Source: a virus. From it: a stretch of DNA of 64,000 nucleotides. The position numbers and the translations under genes are program-made. Below the pieces are notes generated by a model, which saw nothing but the letters and a program-made list of their open reading frames with translations, was not told the DNA's origin and did no database searches. Shown piece after piece: positions 49,091-59,647 of the stretch. The stretch spans positions 74,588 to 138,587 of IMG/VR virus record IMGVR_UViG_3300026097_000011; one strand, given 5' to 3'. Each line of letters opens with the position of its first letter. Within the stretch, counting starts at the first letter, position 1.

Positions 49091-52000
49091 ATGCCAGTAA
49101 GAATAAATTTAAAGGAGCTTTTCGGAAGCGACTCACAGACTGTAACAATAGATAAGTTAAATTTTAACTTTAATAAGCTATTGGAACTTGGTATTGGACT
49201 CGAAGGAATTCAAGGAATTACTGGTGGAACGGGTTCAATTGGTCCATCTGGTATAAAAGGAGATCAAGGAGATAAAGGTAACCAATGGTTCGTTGGAACA
49301 TCAGATCCTAATTTAACTACGTTCCCAGGATTAATGGACGAAGATTTCTACGTTTTATCAGATAATAGTCAAATCTGGCAATATGATGAACTTACTGATA
49401 CATGGAATATTATTGTTGACCTAGGTGGAATTGTAAACAATTACCTAAATACAGCAGGTACTACATTTGTAAGAGGATTTGGAGAAGGATCTCCACAAGA
49501 CTCAAGATATATTGTTTTTCCTAATAAAGGTAATACGTTAACTGATCAACAGGGAGATTCTATAGGAAGTGGAATAACTAATAATGACATATTTCTACTT
49601 AGTAACTTTAATGAGACTCTACAAGGAACTGTTATAGATATTGTCGATGATTTATCAAACACCGACTTTTATTATTCTGCAATTCAAAAGATTTATGTAG
49701 ATAGATCTAATGCAATTGATAAGCGATATCATCTTGAATTAGGATCATTAAATGATATTGCATCAAACGGAGAACCATTTGAGCTTTCAACATTAAATCA
49801 AAATTTAAAACTAAGACATGAATATAAAAATGGAATATTCAACGGAGTATTTTCATTAACTAAGACTGAAACAGATGCTCCGGGTAGTATAACACATAAT
49901 GGGTTATTTGATTTTCAATTTGCTAAGTTTAATCCATCACCACTTGTTCAGAAAGAAGGCTTTATTCAAATGGGATCTAGATATGCTCATCTTGCAATGG
50001 GAAGATCATATGTAGAATTTGATGGAATTAACTTCAACGTATCTGGTGTAGGAGATGCAGGTATTGGAATTGGAGAAAGTTTTGATAATATACTTCCACA
50101 TATAGATGGAAATAACTATTTAGTTATAAAATCAGATGACACTGGAGTAAATGGTGTAATTGTTGATACTGATATGTATCAAGACAATGGAAACATTGAG
50201 CAGTTAGGAACTGGACCGTTGTCTGTACATCCAGTAGTAGGATCAGGCCCATCTAATGTTCCATTTAGTTCTTTAACATATGGATTAGGAGGCATTGTTA
50301 TTTCTGGAAATAGAGTTATTCAAGCAAGTGCATCAACATCTACTGCTTATCCTGCTATTTTGATGTCAGATCCTAGTCTAGAAGGGTATATGTTTGTTAG
50401 TGATTTAAATAACTCAAATTCACCTATTCCTATTTCTACATATAATGGAACCGGTCAAAGTGAAAACATTTCTGGTTTATTACCAGTAGGCGCAGGAATT
50501 AGTGATATTGAAGTAAATGGTGATTTAATATATGCTATTACTAACTTGCAATCTGGAGCACATACTGCGACAACAGTAGGACCAAATGTATATTCTAGAG
50601 TTAATTTTCAAATTATGAAATTTGATACAGAGTCAGGAGACGATTTTACTGCAATATCTCATGTTGTTAATTCGCAATTAGATGGAGCACATAGAATTAA
50701 ATTAAATGGAAGCAGAGCAATTGTTGCAACTAACCATCTTAGAGGATGGGGAGATCCATCTGGAAGTGCAGCTACCTCTCAATTTGATGCAAATGGTCAA
50801 ATATTAGCTTTAAGTATAATCAACGAAAATGATGTAGAGCCTGTTGCTATAACTAGACAAGATAGAACGCATCATCTTGATTTAGAAGTAGCAAATAATA
50901 AAGCATATACAGTCTCAATAGAATTCAATGCTCCATCTGGAGTAAATCACACAGGATTTGGTGTATCTGTTAGATCTTATGATTTAGATGAAATCGTAAA
51001 TGGATCATCTCCTATCGGAATATCACTAGGAACTGAATCAACATATGACATTGTTTCACCTAATTCAACTAATATAAATTCTGCTAATTCAAACGACTTA
51101 ACGGCAATTAATAAATTCGGAGCAATTGCAGTTTCAGGAGATATTGTATGGGCTATACATAAAAATATATTATATACACTAAGACAAGATTCTGTATCTG
51201 GGTCATTTATTCTACTTAATGTTGTAGCATATCACGATGATGTTAACGTAAGAGCAATGGACATAAAAGTAGTAGGTGATTCAATCTATATATTATGTGC
51301 ATCTGGTAACCCAACGCTTGCGTATTCTCCAACTAATACCCATTTAGTTAAATTAAACGCTAATAATGTTTCTAGTCCGTCTATAGTAAGGACTACTAAC
51401 ATTGGTGAGCCATCATCTTCTAGATTAGTAGTAGAAGGAAATAATATATATGTTAATAAAAATAACGGAAGTACTGGTTTTCTTATTCCAATTGAAGTTG
51501 ACGGATTTAAATCTGATGCTATTAAAATCGGATCAATTAAGACGCATACATTAAATGCTACAAATGATTTAAAAGTAGGAAATATTTTAAATGTAGGACA
51601 GTCAGTTAATGTTGGTAAGGGTGGAATTAAAGCGATCGGTCCAGTTACTTCAAGTAATGTTTTATCTAATAGAGTAGGAATTAATAAAGACTTTTCTATA
51701 TTAGATCTTAATGATTTTAGTTTACAAGTTAGTGGTAATATGCTAATGCACAATACGCACATAAGTGGAACTACAAAATTGCACTTTAATTCAAGCTCTG
51801 CTAATCTAGACACTGAAATAGTAAATTTATCTCCAAATGGCGATCTTACTATTATGACAACTCCTGAATATACAACTGAAAATGATCCAACTGGTGATGG
51901 ATTAATGAAAATTGTAGGAGGAGGAAGCGATGGAATTTATATGTATACTCCAGATTCAACAGGTCAAGATTATATTGGAGATATAAAAATAAGACCAGGT

Positions 52001-52582
52001 GATTATACTGCACCTTTATCTCTTCCAGGTGTAGGAAGTCCTCCGTTTTTCCAAGAAGGAGTAATTGTTCTCGAGAGAAGAGTACAAATGATTGATTCAA
52101 TAAAAACTCCAATTGGAGGACAGGGTGGTAATTTTGAAAACACTTTCAACAGTCCTACATTATTTTTACGAAGAAACCAATCATCTAGCAACTGGGCAGA
52201 TGATTCGTTTGGAGGATTGGTACTACAAAATGATGCAGCATATGATAGAGTTATGCGATTTAGCGCAAGTCAAGTTACTTCATCTGGTCATCCAGATAGG
52301 CTTACAATATGGTTAGAAAATACTCCAGGAGCAGGTTCATCTGGAACTCCTGGTAATGCTGGAGGATGGCACATAACAAAACGAATTGTATTTGATCCAT
52401 ATCTAGTAGAACAGTTTATTATACCAGCATGTCATAGATTTTACGTAGAAGTAGGAGGTGGTACTGCAAACGGATGGACTAATAATATCTCACTTAGAGA
52501 ATATAGATTTGGAAGAACCGATGGTGGATGTGGTGGTGAAGGAAACTTACCTATACCAATAGGACCAATATCGGGTATTTAA
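49091..52582 (+). CDS. Tail fibre/spike-like protein with short collagen-like segment and beta-propeller-like repeats
   Basis: GLEGIQGITGGTGSIGPSGIKGDQGDKGNQ (10 Gly-X-Y); repeated DIEVNGDLIYA / IAVSGDIVWA / IKVVGDSIYI (LVIVD-like). Confidence 0.6.
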   Translation: MPVRINLKELFGSDSQTVTIDKLNFNFNKLLELGIGLEGIQGITGGTGSIGPSGIKGDQGDKGNQWFVGTSDPNLTTFPGLMDEDFYVLSDNSQIWQYDELTDTWNIIVDLGGIVNNYLNTAGTTFVRGFGEGSPQDSRYIVFPNKGNTLTDQQGDSIGSGITNNDIFLLSNFNETLQGTVIDIVDDLSNTDFYYSAIQKIYVDRSNAIDKRYHLELGSLNDIASNGEPFELSTLNQNLKLRHEYKNGIFNGVFSLTKTETDAPGSITHNGLFDFQFAKFNPSPLVQKEGFIQMGSRYAHLAMGRSYVEFDGINFNVSGVGDAGIGIGESFDNILPHIDGNNYLVIKSDDTGVNGVIVDTDMYQDNGNIEQLGTGPLSVHPVVGSGPSNVPFSSLTYGLGGIVISGNRVIQASASTSTAYPAILMSDPSLEGYMFVSDLNNSNSPIPISTYNGTGQSENISGLLPVGAGISDIEVNGDLIYAITNLQSGAHTATTVGPNVYSRVNFQIMKFDTESGDDFTAISHVVNSQLDGAHRIKLNGSRAIVATNHLRGWGDPSGSAATSQFDANGQILALSIINENDVEPVAITRQDRTHHLDLEVANNKAYTVSIEFNAPSGVNHTGFGVSVRSYDLDEIVNGSSPIGISLGTESTYDIVSPNSTNINSANSNDLTAINKFGAIAVSGDIVWAIHKNILYTLRQDSVSGSFILLNVVAYHDDVNVRAMDIKVVGDSIYILCASGNPTLAYSPTNTHLVKLNANNVSSPSIVRTTNIGEPSSSRLVVEGNNIYVNKNNGSTGFLIPIEVDGFKSDAIKIGSIKTHTLNATNDLKVGNILNVGQSVNVGKGGIKAIGPVTSSNVLSNRVGINKDFSILDLNDFSLQVSGNMLMHNTHISGTTKLHFNSSSANLDTEIVNLSPNGDLTIMTTPEYTTENDPTGDGLMKIVGGGSDGIYMYTPDSTGQDYIGDIKIRPGDYTAPLSLPGVGSPPFFQEGVIVLERRVQMIDSIKTPIGGQGGNFENTFNSPTLFLRRNQSSSNWADDSFGGLVLQNDAAYDRVMRFSASQVTSSGHPDRLTIWLENTPGAGSSGTPGNAGGWHITKRIVFDPYLVEQFIIPACHRFYVEVGGGTANGWTNNISLREYRFGRTDGGCGGEGNLPIPIGPISGI

Positions 52583-53382
52583 ATTAGAGATTGCATAGTA
52601 AATGGAAGAACTCTTTCTTGAGAAAGAAGAAGATATAGCTCAGATAAAATGCCAGGCTCAAACTTAACATCTTTTGTTATTCCTTTACTAAATGTTAAAG
52701 TAGATACAACAGCAGATGCTAGCTTTGAATTGTCCACTTCTTCATGTTTAACTATAAATAAAACATTTTTCTCAGGGTCCATTGATAATAAATCAGAGTC
52801 TCCGTCTTCTACTATTGCATCGTGAATTGCATTTTCCTTTATTTCACTAATAGTTAATGTTTTGAGGTGCTCATGTTTATGACCGAATTTAAAACGCTTA
52901 TCCATTCTTAGTTTCCAAACATCATAATCTAATTCTCCTTTTGTATTTAGTATTATAAATATTTCTTTTTCTCTATGTATTGCTGGATTCTTAAAATGGG
53001 ATTCCGTTAATTCTAATAAGTCTAACATCTTATCAAGATAATCTAACATTAATCCCGTTAATAAATAATTAGCATTTCTAAATATTTCAACCAAGTCTTC
53101 TGGCATTTGATATAGTTTTCTTAAATGATCGCGTATATTTTCTAATTTAGGATTATCCCATACTGGAGTCATATTAAAATTAAACATGCTTCCTTCAACT
53201 GCCAAGTTGTTAAGATTTAAAGCATGAAATAGTATTTCATAAAAATTAGAAGTATTTCCATTTTCTAAATTATCTCTATATTTCTTGTTAGCGGCTAACA
53301 AAATATACTTTGTATATTCTGGGTCTATACCGTGATTTCCCTTCGTTATCCATAGTGGATCTAATACATGAGTTGTGCTCAT
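52579..53382 (-). CDS. Hypothetical late protein
   Basis: 267 aa; late motif at 53403-53410. Confidence 0.7.
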   Translation of the reverse strand: MSTTHVLDPLWITKGNHGIDPEYTKYILLAANKKYRDNLENGNTSNFYEILFHALNLNNLAVEGSMFNFNMTPVWDNPKLENIRDHLRKLYQMPEDLVEIFRNANYLLTGLMLDYLDKMLDLLELTESHFKNPAIHREKEIFIILNTKGELDYDVWKLRMDKRFKFGHKHEHLKTLTISEIKENAIHDAIVEDGDSDLLSMDPEKNVLFIVKHEEVDNSKLASAVVSTLTFSKGITKDVKFEPGILSELYLLLSQERVLPFTMQSLI

Positions 53383-53394
53383 TTTAAATAATTA

Positions 53395-53468
53395 ACTTTT
53401 TATTATTTATTCTACCGAATAAAAGCAGTTCAGTTTACTAAAATATATATGAATAAATAATAAAAAGT
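53395..53468. promoter_or_regulatory. Back-to-back late promoters forming an 18-bp perfect inverted repeat
   Basis: ACTTTTTATTATTTATTC (53395-53412) / GAATAAATAATAAAAAGT (53451-53468). Confidence 0.7.
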
Positions 53469-53483
53469 ATAAAATTCAATCTG

Positions 53484-55634
53484 ATGGCTAATATCACGCT
53501 TAAATTATTAATAAATCCAGAAAAAAATTCTTTGACATTTAGTAGAAATTATAGAATTTTTTCAACAATAGATCCGGTTAGAAATATCACTGGTTTTACT
53601 GAAATGGTTGAGGATTTAATTTTTAGCTCACCTAGTACAGTAGATCTAAGTAGATTAAAGCGATACTTTAGATATTCTAGAAATAAACTAGATTGGTCTC
53701 TATGGTACGAAGTAGAGCCTGGTGATTTAGGTGAAGCTGATAATATTATATTAGAAGAATCTCAAGATTTCTATTTTGAAGTTAAATACGAATATGACGA
53801 TGGTACAAAGAGTGAAATAGGATCTATCATTGAAATAAATGAAATAAAATTAAGGTTCGCGGCAGCTAGTGGAGTAGCAAATACATATGCTCCTGTCGTA
53901 TTAAGTTCTGATGAAATGAATACATCTTTGGTGTTGAATGAAGATCCTGGATTTAAACCATATGAAGTTGATAGTGCAGTTGGAATGTACAATGAATTGT
54001 CTTTTTATACCAATAAGATGTTTGGGCATGAAGTCGTATACTTTAGAACACTTCCTGAATCAGATAGTGGAGATTTCGTATTTAAAGAATGGACGCTGTT
54101 TAAAAACGTAGATAGAAAGGCAATAAAGGTTCTTGTTCCTAAGAATTCATTCCCAAGTAATGATCCTAAATATACTGAATTCGGATTAGATTTTCAAGCT
54201 CCATTTGAAATACATTTAGATCATAGATATTTTCAATCTATATTTGGAAAAGGATCTCATCCTAGACACAGAGACTTTTTATATTTTCCACTATTAAATC
54301 GTATGTATGAAATTACTGGAACATATTTACACAGAGGATTTATGATGGAGCAAACATATTGGAAAATTAATCTTCAAAAATACAATCCTAATATCGATAT
54401 GCTATTAACCGATGATTCTAGAACATTCCTAGATAATGTTATTCAATCAGCAGATGAATTATTTGCTGATGTAGTTGAAGACGATACAAAAGATGCTACA
54501 ATGCCTCAACAATATGATACAATAAGCTCTAGATTTGATCCATCTAGAAGTGCAATACATCCTGATTTGAGAATTAGACCATTGAACTATAATTTCAATC
54601 ATTCTAGTCTAATTGAAAACTACTACGACTTAAGTGCGATAGTTTCACAAGTATCAACTTTCGAGATCACACAAGACATTGTTCCTACTAGGACAAGTAT
54701 CAATGTTGAAACTCTGCCGCACATTAACGGTGGGATCCCTAGGGACTATGATGTAATATTAGCATATCAAGACTCTGGGCCATACAAATCATGGAAGAAC
54801 AATGCATTAATTTCAACAGATAAAAATGTATTAGGTAACGATTCAAAATATATTAGAGTAAGAGGACCAATTGATTCTATATCAAACCATGATGGTCAAT
54901 CTGACGAAGGAAGATATGTTAGAATCGAGGCATATAAAGATTTGACATTTAATAAACAACGAAATATTATGATAGGATCTGATTCGAATGGAAACGATAT
55001 TGTTAATTTCAAGATTAGAGAGACATCGGTTATATACAATGCTGTTCCACGATTTGATAAAGAGACAAACTGTAACTTATCGTATACTTCTCTATTTAAT
55101 TTAAATACAGGAAGTGATGTAGTTCAATTCATAAACGGATATGATAATGAATCAGCTAAAGGAATTAAAATATCAGGAGAATTTATAAAATATACTGGTA
55201 ATACTGATGAAGGTGATTTTACAATTAATGTTTTATTAAACAACACACTTAAAACCTTCACAATTAATAATTTTAAAAGTGGACAATGGCACGCAATGGT
55301 TATATCCACATCAAATGAATTTAATCAATGTGGAGTTTATGTATATTCAATATTAGAGGACGTAGCCGATTTAAATAATCATACTGATTTTGTAAAAGTG
55401 TTTGAAAACATATCATCTATTCCAGAAATAGAATTTAATTTAGAAGGTGAAAAATACTATATCCCGTCGTCTAATATGTTGATTTCAAATATTAGGCTAT
55501 TTAGCACTATGATAAAAGAAGAAGAACATGACTTTATTTTAAGTCAACAATACTTAAAGGACGAATCTAAGTTATTAATCATAGATAATTGTAAACAACA
55601 GGTTAATCTACCATACATTGCTAAAAATAGATAA
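53484..55634 (+). CDS. Neck/head-closure protein (T4 gp14-like) with extra domains
   Basis: GHEVVYF, EFGL...FEIH...F..IF...PRHRDFLYFPLLNRMYEI resembles gp14 P.EGDLIYFP...LFEI; adjacent to the gp15-like gene. Confidence 0.65.
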   Translation: MANITLKLLINPEKNSLTFSRNYRIFSTIDPVRNITGFTEMVEDLIFSSPSTVDLSRLKRYFRYSRNKLDWSLWYEVEPGDLGEADNIILEESQDFYFEVKYEYDDGTKSEIGSIIEINEIKLRFAAASGVANTYAPVVLSSDEMNTSLVLNEDPGFKPYEVDSAVGMYNELSFYTNKMFGHEVVYFRTLPESDSGDFVFKEWTLFKNVDRKAIKVLVPKNSFPSNDPKYTEFGLDFQAPFEIHLDHRYFQSIFGKGSHPRHRDFLYFPLLNRMYEITGTYLHRGFMMEQTYWKINLQKYNPNIDMLLTDDSRTFLDNVIQSADELFADVVEDDTKDATMPQQYDTISSRFDPSRSAIHPDLRIRPLNYNFNHSSLIENYYDLSAIVSQVSTFEITQDIVPTRTSINVETLPHINGGIPRDYDVILAYQDSGPYKSWKNNALISTDKNVLGNDSKYIRVRGPIDSISNHDGQSDEGRYVRIEAYKDLTFNKQRNIMIGSDSNGNDIVNFKIRETSVIYNAVPRFDKETNCNLSYTSLFNLNTGSDVVQFINGYDNESAKGIKISGEFIKYTGNTDEGDFTINVLLNNTLKTFTINNFKSGQWHAMVISTSNEFNQCGVYVYSILEDVADLNNHTDFVKVFENISSIPEIEFNLEGEKYYIPSSNMLISNIRLFSTMIKEEEHDFILSQQYLKDESKLLIIDNCKQQVNLPYIAKNR

Positions 55635-55644
55635 ATAATAATAT

Positions 55645-56433
55645 ATGCAACATTCAGATCATAATAATATAGAAAATAGAAATACACAAGATATATTTCT
55701 AAGAAATGCATCACTTGCGGTTCTTGATAAATTGAATCGAAAGATTATCATAGACCTAGTTAGAAATGGAGTGGTAGAAAGTCATGATGTTCCGTTTCTG
55801 TATAATAATGCAGGAACTGGTGGATTTATGCAAGATTTCTTTGTGGATATTCCAAATGATTGTAAATGTCCAAATCCAGCAGAAGGAAACTATGACGTTC
55901 TTCCAAGGGGAATTGTTACACTTCAGAACTTTGCAATAAAAAGTGGAGATATCACTAATCCATTTGTAAGAGGAACGTTTAAGCAAGAAGCAATAGAGCC
56001 AACTAATGATTCTAAAGTCATGAAAGCTTACTCTGCTCGACTTAAAACACTCCCAATGGATTTAGCATTTCAAATTCAAATAAAAAGTGATAATCTAAAT
56101 AAAACATTTAAAATAATAGAAAGGATATTTGATTTTTACTATAAAAACGAAGTTGTATATTTTCAATTTAGAGGTATTAGAATACCCGGACAGATTAGGT
56201 TTCCTGAAACAATGACTCACGATAAGAAATATAATTTCACATACGATACAGATCAAAATATAACTACTACATTCAATGTTGAATTCGAGACATACTATCC
56301 ATCATTTGATGATTCATCAACTATGTATAAAGGTAATACGATACAACAATTTAATATTACAAAAAGAACAAAGGGAGATGGAACTACTCTAGTCGATGGA
56401 TTTATAGACAGAGACGCTCCTGAAATAGAATAA
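55645..56433 (+). CDS. Tail terminator / sheath stabiliser (T4 gp15-like)
   Basis: VPFLY, VLPRG, LPMDLAFQIQIKSD...KIIERIFDFY, FNVEFETYYP; late motif at 55631-55638. Confidence 0.7.
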   Translation: MQHSDHNNIENRNTQDIFLRNASLAVLDKLNRKIIIDLVRNGVVESHDVPFLYNNAGTGGFMQDFFVDIPNDCKCPNPAEGNYDVLPRGIVTLQNFAIKSGDITNPFVRGTFKQEAIEPTNDSKVMKAYSARLKTLPMDLAFQIQIKSDNLNKTFKIIERIFDFYYKNEVVYFQFRGIRIPGQIRFPETMTHDKKYNFTYDTDQNITTTFNVEFETYYPSFDDSSTMYKGNTIQQFNITKRTKGDGTTLVDGFIDRDAPEIE

Positions 56434-56597
56434 TGAAAAGAAATATAAAAACATATAGCCAATTTATAAATGAGGATGTGAGACATGAAGGAGACATGTG
56501 GAACGTATACGTTGGAAAGAGACTAGTTGGATCATATGAGAGTAGAAAAGAAGCTAGAGAGCATAACAATAAGCTTAAAAAAACTAAAACTAAATAA
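56433..56597 (+). CDS. 54-aa putative internal head protein (not in ORF track)
   Basis: MKRNIKTYSQFINEDVRHEGDMWNVYVGKRLVGSYESRKEAREHNNKLKKTKTK; TAATG coupling on both sides. Confidence 0.75.
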   Translation: MKRNIKTYSQFINEDVRHEGDMWNVYVGKRLVGSYESRKEAREHNNKLKKTKTK

Positions 56598-57154
56598 TGC
56601 AGTTAAACGCTAGGAATAACGGATTCGTAATACTATTTCCACCTGATTTTTTCAGTGAAGAAATTAAAGAGAAATATAAAAAATATTACCAAAGTCTTAT
56701 TTTGCCATATGATACAATAGAAGACTTTATGTCATCTACTATTCAACAGGTCGAATTTCCAGGATGGAATATTCCAATTTTATCTCAAACGAGAACACTT
56801 GGTAAAAAACAAGGATATAAAGATCCTACTCCTATTGAAGATTTATTTCAAAGAGAGTTTACTATTACATTTAAAATGACAGATGCTTTTTTAAATTACT
56901 GGATATTTCTAGATAATGCTATACAATATCTAAGTCACATAGATCACAACCAGGATAAGAACACACTTAGTCCCATTAGATTATCATTATTAAATAACGA
57001 AGGATACATGGTGTCTTCTATATTGTTCAAACGACCTATTCTAAAGGGACAAGACGGTATTAAACTATCATATAGTTCAGTTACCCCTGATTTTAAAACA
57101 TTTAATGCTAAATTTGAATATTTAAACTTTGATCTAGATTTAGATTTTAATTAA
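56597..57154 (+). CDS. Tail tube-fold protein (T4 gp3 tail completion-like)
   Basis: TIQQVEFPG...EFTITFKMTDAFLNY...IRLSLLNNEG...FNAKFEY. Confidence 0.6.
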   Translation: MQLNARNNGFVILFPPDFFSEEIKEKYKKYYQSLILPYDTIEDFMSSTIQQVEFPGWNIPILSQTRTLGKKQGYKDPTPIEDLFQREFTITFKMTDAFLNYWIFLDNAIQYLSHIDHNQDKNTLSPIRLSLLNNEGYMVSSILFKRPILKGQDGIKLSYSSVTPDFKTFNAKFEYLNFDLDLDFN

Positions 57155-57479
57155 TCTCTATTTATATTCCCATGAAGGTTCTTATCGTCGATCTCTTTAA
57201 TTGCAATCTTCTTTTCCCATGATCCTATTGCATGTCTAGTTTGTCTAATACGACATTTAAGAGTTTACTAAGCTGATGACCACGTTTAAACATAAAATCT
57301 GAGGAATATCTTAATTCCTCGATTTTAAATTCTGTTCCGATATTTACTCCTGTTAGACCGCTTGCTAATATTTGATTACCAAGATCCGTTAAAGTAACGA
57401 CACTAGTTGTGTTAATTAAAAATTGTGACGCGTTAAGTTGGTTTTTACTTTTTCTCTATATTATTTATTAGTACAGTGT

Positions 57480-59000
57480 TTACAATTCGCTAAACCATGC
57501 ATTTATGCTCGGACTATTTACTGAGGATCCATTGCAATAGAATGAAACTGCATCTCCTGCGTTAACTGATATATTCAAAGGTGATGCATATCCACTTGTT
57601 GTTGAAAATATAGAAAGTGACGCTACGTTAACCCCATTTATATGAATTTCCGGATTCCAATTCGTGCTATTTTGAGAACTTGCACTGATTGCCGTTATTT
57701 TACAATCAAATGGCGCTATGTAGGGAGATACATTCGTAAACGTGTCTCCACTTCCTTTTAAATATATATCCGTAGTGCTATTTCTGTTACCAGCAGACCA
57801 TGTCCATGTTCTAGGAGGAGTTGGATGTGTAAGCGGAAAAGATTCCCATATTCCAGGAGATCCTGAATATCGTAATATATCACCGTCATTTGGCGTATCT
57901 GCGTCTACATCTGATAATTCGTTGAGTAACATAACAATATCTACTGTTACATACTTATCTGGAGACTCTACAATTGAAAACCTTTCAGAAAAATCTAAAT
58001 GCTCTATATCAGCGTCTCCTACCACTACTCCGTTTGATAGTATATCATATACAGTTCCTTGATTAGATGTCCCATTTGTAGCAGATATTGTAATATCCGT
58101 TGCTAATGTTCCTCCATTATCTAATATGTTAATTGCAGTATTTGGTCCCTCTATAAAATTTAAAATTCCTCGAGTCGATATTAGAGATCCGGCTTTTTTA
58201 ATTTGAATAGGTTGAGATGCTGCATTTGCTTCCAGTGTATTCGCAATATCATTATATGACCAAGTTATAGTTGATGAGTCTATAATTAAAGAAGCGACTC
58301 TATCATCTACTCTTTCATTTGTGAAATATAAATTAGATCCCTCAGTTAGATCATCTGTTGAAAATGGCGCAATTGAAATGTTTCCTGTAAAAGTATTAGC
58401 AGGATTATTATAAGTCCACGTTAACCCGGTTCCGTTTTGAATAAGTGAACTGACTCTGTCATCAATTGCCTCATTTGTAAAATACTTATTAATTGCTCCT
58501 TCTGCTAAATCATCTGTATTAAAAGGAGAAAGTGAAATAGTAGGAACTAGTGTTCCAAGGCCAGCTCCGTTATCGTTATATACCCATGATATTCCTGTAC
58601 CATTCTGGATTAAACCTGATACTCGATCTTCAACTCTTTCATCAGTATAATATAGATTTATACCTTCTGCTAAGTCAGTTGTTGAAAAGGGACCGAGTGA
58701 TACATTGCCAATTAGAGTATTTGCAATATTATTGTAATTCCAAGTTAGTCCTGTACCGTTTAATATTAAAGAAGCTACCCTATCATCTACTCTTTCGTTT
58801 GTGAAATATAAATTAGATCCTTCGGTTACGCCATCAGTTGTTATTTCCAGGGTTTCTGGATCCGCCCATGTTACATTGCCAACCCCATCAGTCGCCATTA
58901 CTGACCCATATGATCCATCAGATGTCGGTAGCATATATGAATTAGCTATTTCTAGAAATCCTTTAACTGATAGATTTTTATACATATTACTAAGTTTCAC
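57480..59000 (-). CDS. Tail fibre-like protein with internal repeats
   Basis: Four ~53-aa repeats TDDL.EG.NLYFTNERVDDRVASLI.NGTG.TW.YN; late motif at 59101-59108. Confidence 0.7.
   Translation of the reverse strand: MKLSNMYKNLSVKGFLEIANSYMLPTSDGSYGSVMATDGVGNVTWADPETLEITTDGVTEGSNLYFTNERVDDRVASLILNGTGLTWNYNNIANTLIGNVSLGPFSTTDLAEGINLYYTDERVEDRVSGLIQNGTGISWVYNDNGAGLGTLVPTISLSPFNTDDLAEGAINKYFTNEAIDDRVSSLIQNGTGLTWTYNNPANTFTGNISIAPFSTDDLTEGSNLYFTNERVDDRVASLIIDSSTITWSYNDIANTLEANAASQPIQIKKAGSLISTRGILNFIEGPNTAINILDNGGTLATDITISATNGTSNQGTVYDILSNGVVVGDADIEHLDFSERFSIVESPDKYVTVDIVMLLNELSDVDADTPNDGDILRYSGSPGIWESFPLTHPTPPRTWTWSAGNRNSTTDIYLKGSGDTFTNVSPYIAPFDCKITAISASSQNSTNWNPEIHINGVNVASLSIFSTTSGYASPLNISVNAGDAVSFYCNGSSVNSPSINAWFSEL
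58230..58845 (-). repeat. Four ~160-nt coding tandem repeats
   Basis: 58285-58340 and 58765-58820 match at 53 of 56 nt, offset 480 nt. Confidence 0.85.
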
Positions 59001-59241
59001 AGAATCTATAATTTTATTTTAAGTTATCATTCACATATTATTCAATTTAGTAGATGAATACATATTCCATATGCTCTCAATAACAAATAACGGTTTTTTA
59101 TTATTTATCATATTAATTTTTTATATTTTAATAATTCACTGTTGGTATTTTGTATGTGCTACTTTTATAATAATTATTATCATCCGGGTTAACTTGAATT
59201 GTGTTATATGTAGTTGAGTCGATATCTATAACTGTATCGAT

Positions 59242-59647
59242 GTGTGTTTATATTATGTTGAGGATGATGGCTATATGGGTAATACACACCCTAAAGGTAT
59301 TCAGCAATTCCCTAAGAGTTCGCTACAAGAAGTTATTAATGATATGCAGACCTGTGAATTTTTTATTGGCATAGGCTCTGGCTTATCTTGGTTGGCATTG
59401 TCTGTTGGCCTACCTGTTGTTTTAATATCTGGTTTTAGTGAGACGTATACCGAAACTCAAAAAAAATACATATAGAGTTATTAACAATGATGTTTGTACA
59501 GGTTGTTTTAATACACATAGATTAGATGCTGGGGATTGGGATTGGTGTCCCTTACATAGAGATACTGAAAGACATTTTGAGTGTACAAAATCAATAACCA
59601 CATCTATGGTTATTTTAGCAATTAATAAACTCTTGTCTAAACATTAA
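59242..59647 (+). pseudogene. 5'-truncated, frameshifted autotransporter O-heptosyltransferase-like (GT9/BAHT) fragment
   Basis: CEFFIGIGSGLSWLA...PVVLISGFS, then VCTGCFN...DWDWCP...FECTKSIT; the frames join if the A8 run at 59459-59466 is A7. Confidence 0.75.
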
